From assembly GCF_000039765.1 (NCBI RefSeq), contig NC_004460.2, positions 1,230,001-1,262,000 on the forward strand: DNA of 32,000 nucleotides, in the 5' to 3' direction. This DNA is from Vibrio vulnificus CMCP6 (GTDB lineage Bacteria; Pseudomonadota; Gammaproteobacteria; Enterobacterales; Vibrionaceae). The notes beneath the pieces were generated by a model. That model searched no databases, had not been told where the DNA came from, and saw nothing but the letters and a program-made list of their open reading frames with translations. Positions 24,872 through 32,000 of this stretch are shown piece by piece; position 1 is the first letter of the stretch, and each line of letters opens with the position of its first letter. Made by a program: the position numbers and the translations under genes.

Positions 24872-26548
24872 CTACAACTGGTAGGTTGCGGTCACGCACT
24901 TCCCGCCATTACTGTAAACGACTGATTCACAAAGCTCATTGAGCAGAATTCGTCCACGCCCATGCAGTTGACTTTCTTGCACTTGTTGCACCGGGTTACT
25001 GTAATCAAACCCTACTCCGTTATGCTCTATTATTATAGCTAGCAAAGTGCGTTCCGGCTGGTAGTCAAATTGGATGGAGAGGTAAGCGTCTTGACTAAGT
25101 TGTTCGAGTTTTTCTTCTCGCGCTTGGTAGTAAACAAAGAATCCGTCGGCATCTTCTTTGAGCTTCGAATCGAGCTCAAGTAAACCGTGGTCGATGGCAT
25201 TCGCCAATAGCTCAGAAAGCACCGAACAGATGAGATCCAGATGAGGTCCGCCACTCACTACGCCTTTAAGAATGGCGCGTAAATCGGGCAGCAGATGATG
25301 AGAAGCGATTTGCGGTTTGTTCAGCGTTAAGCAGCTCTTTAGTGGCAGTTGCGATAAGAGTTGTGGATCGCAACGTGTCTGCTCACTTTCTGGCGACGCT
25401 GAAACAATGGGGCATTTCAGCGTCAGTATCGATAAGTCATCGTGACGCTGACGACAAGAAAACGCCGCCACCGCCTTTTGCAGCGCCTTGATGATGTCGT
25501 AAGGATGCTGTTCAATCACACGCAACAAGCGCGTTTCACCAAACTGTTCGCCTTCTTCGTTTGGCGATTCAGTGACGCCATCGGTGTATGTGATGATCGA
25601 TTGCCCTTCCAGTAACTCAAAGCTGATCACGCTGGCATCAAACTCTCGCTCTTCTAACACGCCTAGCGGCATGTGCGTGGAGGTTAGGCGCTCTGCCACT
25701 GAACCATCGTGATTAAGCAAAAAGGCATCTGGCAAGCCACCACCCCACCAGCGAATATGACGTCCGTTACCGCTGATTTCAAACAAGCTGGCCGCGAGCA
25801 TCATCCCCATGGGAAGAAAACGCACCAGCGCACTGTTGATTTCACTGACAATCTCGCCCAGCGCCATCCCTTTTGCCGCCATGGAGTTAAACGCTCGCGT
25901 CGCAGGAATGGCCGAAATCGCCGCAGGCAAGCCATGCCCAGTTGCATCGGCAATCATGGCGTATATGCCGCCGTGCGGTCTGCGAGCCAAGATGATCAAA
26001 TCGCCATTAAACACGGTTGAGGGCGAAGAGAAATAGTCGACGCCCGAGACGACATCAAGGCAGCCTTCCATCTCTTGTTTGAGGTTGGCAAAAATGCTTT
26101 CTGCGATGGTGTAATCGTAGCGGACTTGTTCATGAAAATGGCTCAACTCTGAGCGCTGTTTCGCCACTTCGTTATACATTTTGGCGATGCGCACATGCGC
26201 CTGAACTTTGGCCAGTAACACATTGCGCTGCACGGGTTTGGGAATGAAGTCATCGCCAAAGGTTAGGCACTTACCGAAGGATTCTTGATCGTCGAGCGCG
26301 GTGAGGAAGATGATGGCGATATGCCGATTGGGAAAAGCTTCTCGGATGATTTGCGCGGTCTGAAACCCATCCAGTTCCGGCATCATCACGTCGAGCACGA
26401 TCACATCAGGCAGCTCGTTGACCTCTTGCAGCGCCGAAATCACATTCAGGCCACTGTTAAAGGTGCTGATCCGGGCATCGAGATCGCTCAGCATCATCTT
26501 ACACACTTCAATATTGCTCGGATGATCGTCGACGATGTAAATCTTCAT
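24872..26548 (-). CDS. Three-domain response regulator, REC + PP2C/SpoIIE phosphatase + HATPase (RsbW-like anti-sigma kinase); CrsR-like partner-switch protein
   Basis: REC domain: MKIYIVDDHP...VIVLDVMMPELDG. PP2C domain: GDLIILARRPHGGIYAMIADATGHGLPAA...TDGVTE. HATPase_c domain: LSELLANAIDHG...HNGVGFD...GRGRILLNE. Confidence 0.85.
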   Translation of the reverse strand: MKIYIVDDHPSNIEVCKMMLSDLDARISTFNSGLNVISALQEVNELPDVIVLDVMMPELDGFQTAQIIREAFPNRHIAIIFLTALDDQESFGKCLTFGDDFIPKPVQRNVLLAKVQAHVRIAKMYNEVAKQRSELSHFHEQVRYDYTIAESIFANLKQEMEGCLDVVSGVDYFSSPSTVFNGDLIILARRPHGGIYAMIADATGHGLPAAISAIPATRAFNSMAAKGMALGEIVSEINSALVRFLPMGMMLAASLFEISGNGRHIRWWGGGLPDAFLLNHDGSVAERLTSTHMPLGVLEEREFDASVISFELLEGQSIITYTDGVTESPNEEGEQFGETRLLRVIEQHPYDIIKALQKAVAAFSCRQRHDDLSILTLKCPIVSASPESEQTRCDPQLLSQLPLKSCLTLNKPQIASHHLLPDLRAILKGVVSGGPHLDLICSVLSELLANAIDHGLLELDSKLKEDADGFFVYYQAREEKLEQLSQDAYLSIQFDYQPERTLLAIIIEHNGVGFDYSNPVQQVQESQLHGRGRILLNELCESVVYSNGGKCVTATYQL

Positions 26549-26562
26549 ACCCGCTCCGCCTG

Positions 26563-26862
26563 TTACTCGATGTGGAATTTTTTATCGAAACGACTGATCA
26601 ACAAAATTTTGCGCACTTGCGGTAAGGTGTTGATGATCTTTATTCGCCCATCGGCACTGTTGAGATGTTTTTGCATGTTGAGCAACATGCCAAGCCCCGC
26701 ACTATCAATGTAGTCTACTTTGCGTAAATCGATAATAAACTGGCTATTGAGGTGCTCGGTGTAAGCGTTTCGAAACTCTTGCACCAAGTTAAATCCAAAG
26801 GCCCCTTCTATTGCTAAGGTCACCGTATTGCTTGTTTTATCGACTTCTTTCATCACTGACAT
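26563..26862 (-). CDS. STAS-domain anti-sigma-factor antagonist (RsbV/SpoIIAA/CrsA-like)
   Basis: A 99-aa protein with the phosphorylatable-Ser motif context VDYIDSAGLGMLL. It sits directly upstream (5') of the PP2C/kinase gene in the same operon. Confidence 0.85.
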   Translation of the reverse strand: MSVMKEVDKTSNTVTLAIEGAFGFNLVQEFRNAYTEHLNSQFIIDLRKVDYIDSAGLGMLLNMQKHLNSADGRIKIINTLPQVRKILLISRFDKKFHIE

Positions 26863-26902
26863 CTTGCCTTCCCCTAGCTGAGCCGTTGTTGATGGTAAGC
26901 CC

Positions 26903-28075
26903 TTAAAAGAGCTCTACCTCGCCTTCATCAATACTGACTTGATTCGCCGCCCCTTCGCCACGCCCTTGTTCTTGTCGTTCCAATAGCTCAACCTGTTGGA
27001 TCAGATCGTCGCTGCTGATTTGGCTCGCGGCATGTTGTTTGATCAATTGCTGAAGCGCTTCAACGTTCTGCATAGTGTGAGAGGCAAAGTCCCCTTGCTG
27101 AACCACAATATCGGCAAACTGTAACGCTCGGATGCCCGAGGAGACTTTCTGCGCCAACTGAGCACCCAATTCATGGATTTGCTGGACTTGCGCTTCCACC
27201 ATCTCATTCACTTTTTGTACACCGCGCAGCATTTCATCCACTTCTTCCTTAGATTCGATGGCCACCGTCATATCGATAGACGCCATTTCACCCACGGTGT
27301 GATTGGCTTGCTTAACCGTGCTCAAGGCGATGTTAATTTCCCGCTCGATTTGGTTGTTGAGCGATTCCGCTTTGACCGATAAATCACGCACTTCTTGGGC
27401 AACAACGGCAAAACCACGCCCTTGCTCACCCGCTCGCGCCGCTTCTATTGCCGCGTTCAGGGCCAATAAGTTGGTTTGCTCAGAAAGCCCGCGAACTTGA
27501 TTGAGCAGTTTAAACACCGCGTCCAATTTGTCCGACATGTCATGAATACTGTGGACTGCCGAGATGCTTTTCTCTGACACATTGATCAGGATATCGATGT
27601 AGCGATTGATGATTTTTTCCGTTCTTGGCATAACATTGGCGATGCTGTTCTCGCTGTTTTGATTGGCAAGAAGATCGTCCACCAAGCGTTCAGAAACTTG
27701 GCTTTGCTCTTCACAGGTACGCTGTAAACCAAAAAAGCTGTCGTTGAGGGTTTCTACCGAGGCTTCAATAACGCTTCTCTGTTTCGCCAGAGGTTGCTCT
27801 ACGCGAGGAATCGCCGTTTGCAGAAAATGGCCCACAGGCCCCCACGCAGCATCGGCTTTTTTCTCTCTCTCAACACTGGCACTTTCGCTATTTTCATCGC
27901 GGCCCAGAGAAAAAATCGAGGGTAAGACAAACCAAGGAATGGCGGCCGCAATAATCATCAGTGCAATATTGCCCATGGAGTTGGCGATCATTGCGCCAAA
28001 GGTGAGCGCGACGATTTGGCAGAACACCGCGATGAGGTAACGAGTTCGATAACTTGTTTGTGCCGATTTTTCCAT
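26903..28075 (-). CDS. Short methyl-accepting chemotaxis protein with two N-terminal TM helices and essentially no periplasmic domain
   Basis: The highly conserved MCP tip is present: [31 protein letters not shown]. The N-terminal hydrophobic segments are [19 protein letters not shown] and [19 protein letters not shown]. The protein ends in EVELF. Confidence 0.85.
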   Translation of the reverse strand: MEKSAQTSYRTRYLIAVFCQIVALTFGAMIANSMGNIALMIIAAAIPWFVLPSIFSLGRDENSESASVEREKKADAAWGPVGHFLQTAIPRVEQPLAKQRSVIEASVETLNDSFFGLQRTCEEQSQVSERLVDDLLANQNSENSIANVMPRTEKIINRYIDILINVSEKSISAVHSIHDMSDKLDAVFKLLNQVRGLSEQTNLLALNAAIEAARAGEQGRGFAVVAQEVRDLSVKAESLNNQIEREINIALSTVKQANHTVGEMASIDMTVAIESKEEVDEMLRGVQKVNEMVEAQVQQIHELGAQLAQKVSSGIRALQFADIVVQQGDFASHTMQNVEALQQLIKQHAASQISSDDLIQQVELLERQEQGRGEGAANQVSIDEGEVELF

Positions 28076-28126
28076 ATTCGCCTACCTGACAAAATCCATT
28101 ATGTAACTTTTTGCTTATGTTTTCTT

Positions 28127-29161
28127 TTAGCTTAGTAGATCGCACAAAAACTGAGGAAGTTTATTGAGTGGTTTGATGTGCATGGCGGCGCCACACTCCA
28201 CCGCAGCCCGCGGCATGCCATACACCACGCAACTCTGCTCATCTTGCGCCACGGTGATGGCCCCTTGCTGCTTCATTTGCAGCATGCCTTGCGCGCCATC
28301 TTTCCCCATTCCAGTGAGGATCACGCCTATCGCTTTGCCTTTTAAACTTTCCGCGACTGAGCCAAACATCACATCCACCGAAGGCTTGTGTCGATTCACC
28401 GCCGGGCTGTCATCCAAATGGGCATACAACTGCCCTCCGCGACGAAACACCATTAAGTGTTTGTCCCCCGGCGCAACGTAGGCATGATTGGTTTTTAAAG
28501 CGACTTCCCCTTGAGTGAGTTCACTGACACTCAACGCACAACTGGCGTCCAATCGGCTGGCAAACGGGCCAGAAAACATCGCGCTGATGTGTTGGGTAAT
28601 CACAATCGGTGGCATGCTGGCTGGCAAGGCTGAGAGCAGATGTTTCACTGCCTCGGTACCTCCGGTGGACGCGCCAATGGCAATGAGCTGATATTGGCTA
28701 GTGGAAACCGCACTGCTGCTGGCCACTGCTGGCGACATGCTTTGATTCGCCCCCACTTGCGCCTGAGCGGCCATGCGGATTTTTTCGTTCACTAAGCTGC
28801 GATAACCCAGCATATCGGCGGTATTGGCCACCGATGGTTTGGGAAAATAATCCACCGCGCCAAGCTCTAAAGCCATCAGTGTCGCGTCTGCGCCATGCTG
28901 GGTGAGCGTTGAGATCATCACCACGGGCAAAGGATGCAGGCGCATTAGGTTTTTGAGAAACTGAACGCCATTCATCTTGGGCATTTCGATGTCGAGAGTC
29001 AGCACATCTGGCTTTAAAGCTTTGATCATCTCACGCGCTTGATAAGGATCTTCAGCCGCGCCGATCACCTCTAATTGAGGATCCGAATTAATGATCTCCG
29101 AGAGCAAGGCTCTGAAAACGGGGGAATCATCCACCACCAAGACTTTAATCTTCTTACTCAT
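28127..29161 (-). CDS. cheB: Chemotaxis response regulator protein-glutamate methylesterase
   Basis: A REC domain ([12 protein letters not shown]...[12 protein letters not shown]) plus a methylesterase domain ([25 protein letters not shown]). The ATG at 29161 overlaps the cheD stop by 1 nt (TGATG). Confidence 0.92.
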
Positions 29162-29805
29162 CAAAATAACTCCACCTCTGAATCGTTATCGGTTTGCTTT
29201 TCCAGGGTATGGGCATAACGCTCTTCTTCACGACGAAGATGATTGATCTCGGCAAAGGGAATGCGTTTCAGCCATGCTTTGCCTGTGAGGGGGTCAAACA
29301 TGATCTTTCTTGGCTCTAAACCACCGAGATCGTACGCCACCACCTCCAACCCTTCTTGCTCGGCGTAATGCAGCACAAACTCGACATTTTTCTCACCGAT
29401 CATCGAATGAAAGCCCATCATCTGTGCGCCGCCAAACAGCTTCATTCGTAAGCGCTCTCGGCGAGCCCCCAGCGAGAGCAATTGATTAAGCAGCATCTCC
29501 ATCGCATAACTACCATAACGAGACGCGCCAGAGAGCAGCTCATCGGCATGCCAATGCTTCTCTTCAAAATGGTTGTGAAACGGCAGCAAAAAGTGATTCA
29601 TGCCCCCAACGCGTTTCACCGGGTCCCAAATGCAGGCCGAAACGCACGAGCCTAATCCGGTGCAAATAAGCTCTTCCTGATCACTGACATACACGCCGCC
29701 GGGCAACACTTTGATCATGTGCAACCCGCGCTGCTCGTTAAAAAATCGGCTGTAATACGCTTCTTCATGGGCTTGAAAATGGTGATTAATTGGGTCGAGC
29801 ATCAT
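29161..29805 (-). CDS. cheD: Chemoreceptor glutamine deamidase CheD, with an unusual acidic C-terminal tail ending EVELF
   Basis: CheD core motifs are present: [57 protein letters not shown]. Confidence 0.88.
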
Positions 29806-29820
29806 GCTGCCTTAGCGCTG

Positions 29821-30675
29821 CTACGCTTTGATATAAATTGTTTTTCCGAGATGTTTAAACAACTGGCAATCGCTGCCGACGCTTTCCGAATGGCCCAGAA
29901 ACAGCACGCCGTCATCTTGAAGTTGATGATAGAAACGTTCAATCAAACGTTGCTGCGTCGGTTTATCGAAATAAATCATAACGTTACGGCAAGAAATCAG
30001 ATCAAACTTCTGCTTCATGGGCCAAGCATCCAGTAAGTTAAGCTGACGAAAAGCGACATGTTGCTTGAGACATTCTTTCGCTTTGATGTTGCCTGCTTGT
30101 GCCCCTTTGCCGCGCAAAAAATTGCCTTTGAGATAGCGCGTTGGAATACACTCCAGAGCGCTCTCTTCATAGATACCTTGCTGCGCACGTTGCAAAACGT
30201 TGGTATCCAAATCCGTTGCCAGTAGTTGGCAATCCACCCCAGCCTGCCATAAACCACTTTGCTGAATGCTGGCCAGGTAGCTGTAAGGCTCCTCGCCAGT
30301 GGAGCACCCGGCAGACCAAATTCTGACTTGCTTTTTGCGTTGATCGCGCCAATAAGGAAACAACTGGCTTTCGAGAAACTCTACGTGGTGGATCTCGCGG
30401 AAAAAATGCGTTTTGTTGGTGGTGAGCGCATTGATAAACGCCATGCGATCGTCTTGATTATTCTCAATGCACTCACGATAGTCGGCAAAACGCTTTAACC
30501 CTTTTTCCCGCAGCTTGCGACTCAAGCGGCCATAGACCATGGCCCGCTTGTGGTCAGACAAAAAGATCCCAACGTGTTTGTGAATAAACCACTGCACGTA
30601 TTTGAAATCTTGATCGGTCAGCTCAAACTCTTGCGCAGGTTCAAGCGTGACTTCACTGCTTAGAACTCTTCCCAT
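29821..30675 (-). CDS. cheR: Chemotaxis protein methyltransferase
   Basis: The CheR N-terminal helical domain is followed by the SAM motif [16 protein letters not shown] and CRNVMIYFD. The ATG overlaps the 3' end of the upstream MCP gene by 16 nt. Confidence 0.92.
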   Translation of the reverse strand: MGRVLSSEVTLEPAQEFELTDQDFKYVQWFIHKHVGIFLSDHKRAMVYGRLSRKLREKGLKRFADYRECIENNQDDRMAFINALTTNKTHFFREIHHVEFLESQLFPYWRDQRKKQVRIWSAGCSTGEEPYSYLASIQQSGLWQAGVDCQLLATDLDTNVLQRAQQGIYEESALECIPTRYLKGNFLRGKGAQAGNIKAKECLKQHVAFRQLNLLDAWPMKQKFDLISCRNVMIYFDKPTQQRLIERFYHQLQDDGVLFLGHSESVGSDCQLFKHLGKTIYIKA

Positions 30676-32000
30676 TCGTCGCTTTCCTCCGTTCTAAAAC
30701 CGGAATTGGCTACTTTTGGCTTTTTCATTTCACTTATATTGCCGCGTGTGGGCATCGCAGTCACTTTCGCGGCCGATGGCGCGGCACTGGGTGAAGTCTC
30801 TAACGTGGTAATGCTGCTGTCGGTGCTAAAGAAGCTCATGAGATTGAGCAGCTCTTTGCCTTCCGCTTTGAGCGATTGGCTTGCCGCAGAGGTCTCTTCC
30901 ACCAGTGAGGCGTTTTGCTGCGTCATCTCATCCATGGTCGCGACCGCACGGTTAATTTCATCAATACCTGTCGACTGTTCGATGCTCGACTGGGCAATTT
31001 GACTGATGAGGCCCGTGACTTTTTCTACCGCAGCGACGATGTCGTTGAGCGTTGCCCCCGATTCATCCACCAAGCGCGATCCTTCGTCCACTTTCTCGAC
31101 GCTGTCTTTGATCAGCCCTTTGATCTCTTTTGCTGCCGCAGCACTGCGCTGTGCCAGATTGCGCACTTCACCTGCAACCACGGCAAAACCGCGCCCTTGC
31201 TCGCCCGCACGCGCCGCTTCCACCGCGGCATTGAGCGCCAATAGATTGGTTTGGAAGGCGATTTCATCAATCACGCCAATGATGTCGGAAATCTTCTTAC
31301 TGGCAGTGTTGATTTCAGCCATTGCCGCCACCGCTTGGCCCACCACATCGCCGCCTTTGCGCGCTTTTTTCGCGGCATCTTCAGAGAGCTCATTGGCACC
31401 TTTGGCGTTGTCGGCGTTTTGTCGCACCGTTGCGGTCATCTGCTCCATACTGGCTGCGGTTTCTTCTAAGTTTGACGCTTGCGCTTCTACACGTTGGCTA
31501 AGGTCATTATTGCCATCGGCAATTTCTGTTGAGGCGGTGGCAACGCGCGCCGAAGAGACGGTAATTTTGTCGACCATGTTACGAATATTGAGAATCGAGG
31601 TGTTGACCGCTTCGGCCAAACGACCAAACTCGCCTTGGTGGGTGTCGCTCATCTTCGTTTTCAAATCGCCGTTGGCCACTTTACTCATCACTTGAATGCA
31701 CTGATCAAGCGGTTCGACCAATGTATCGAGCAGGCTATTAATGCCGTCTCCCAACTCTTTCATAAAGCCGCTGTAAACCGAGGTATCAATGCGCTCTTTG
31801 AGCTGCCCCGCAATCGCTTTTTGAATCAAGCTTTCCACTTGACGCTGACCATCTCGTTGCTCAGTGATGTCAATCCATTGCAGCGCAGGCCCCATGTAGT
31901 TGCCGCTGCCATCTCGCATCGCAATACAAGTGAGATTGAACTCGAGCGAGCCGACTTTGATATCAGAGCTAAATGGCAAGCGATCCGGATTCGAGATGAT
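30660..32000 (-). CDS. Methyl-accepting chemotaxis protein (PAS + HAMP + signalling domain), 5'-partial; the ORF stays open to the window edge
   Basis: The MCP tip [34 protein letters not shown] is present, with a HAMP-like segment upstream and the end of a PAS fold ([21 protein letters not shown]). The C-terminal pentapeptide is EWEEF (xWxxF class). The TTG at 31979 used by the track is probably not the real start. Confidence 0.88.
   Translation of the reverse strand: MISNPDRLPFSSDIKVGSLEFNLTCIAMRDGSGNYMGPALQWIDITEQRDGQRQVESLIQKAIAGQLKERIDTSVYSGFMKELGDGINSLLDTLVEPLDQCIQVMSKVANGDLKTKMSDTHQGEFGRLAEAVNTSILNIRNMVDKITVSSARVATASTEIADGNNDLSQRVEAQASNLEETAASMEQMTATVRQNADNAKGANELSEDAAKKARKGGDVVGQAVAAMAEINTASKKISDIIGVIDEIAFQTNLLALNAAVEAARAGEQGRGFAVVAGEVRNLAQRSAAAAKEIKGLIKDSVEKVDEGSRLVDESGATLNDIVAAVEKVTGLISQIAQSSIEQSTGIDEINRAVATMDEMTQQNASLVEETSAASQSLKAEGKELLNLMSFFSTDSSITTLETSPSAAPSAAKVTAMPTRGNISEMKKPKVANSGFRTEESDEWEEF

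Noticed and set aside
1-32000. CRISPR arrays, rRNA or tRNA genes, and retron or DGR-type repeats.
   Set aside because: I found no regularly spaced short repeats, no rRNA or tRNA signatures and no reverse-transcriptase motifs in any listed ORF. The only notable repeats are the IS inverted repeats and the 76-bp direct repeats.

Overview
The window looks like Vibrio (V. cholerae-like) chromosomal DNA. That assignment comes from my recall of gene content and order, not from a search. It has three parts.

(1) Positions 1-14,200 are ordinary core genes at roughly 50% GC. They include a partial Maa-type acetyltransferase, a TPR+DUF218 protein, an HExxH lipoprotein and an RsmB/F-type rRNA methyltransferase. 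They also include a MurNAc catabolic locus (murR, then divergently murQ-murP plus a porin, with a good CRP site), an EAL phosphodiesterase, a histidine phosphatase and an M9 collagenase.

(2) Positions ~14,200-22,930 form a mosaic accessory island that is visibly more AT-rich. It sits between two convergent core terminators. It carries a Cys-rich lipoprotein, a 0.5-kb AT-rich non-coding tract, a 3' fragment of accD, and DUF1176 and DUF1456 genes. It also carries an intact IS481-family element with a 7-bp target duplication, a frameshifted tyrosine-integrase remnant and a DUF2806 gene. The most interesting item is a compact three-gene operon closed by its own terminator: an RNase-H-fold-like protein, a soluble Hanks-type Ser/Thr kinase and a 55-aa basic Ser/Thr-rich peptide. 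The first two genes have overlapping stop and start codons, and the third starts a few bases after the kinase stop behind a strong SD. The operon is bracketed by 76-bp direct repeats at 93% identity. I flag it as the best candidate for an undescribed system, possibly phage defence or abortive infection.

(3) Positions 22,930-32,000 hold a minus-strand chemosensory cluster: partial PAS-MCP, cheR, cheD, cheB and a short MCP. These are followed by a STAS protein, a REC-PP2C-HATPase partner-switch regulator and a DUF342 protein. CheD and the short MCP share the C-terminal motif EVELF, and the PAS-MCP ends in EWEEF.

I saw no CRISPR array, rRNA, tRNA or integron attC site.
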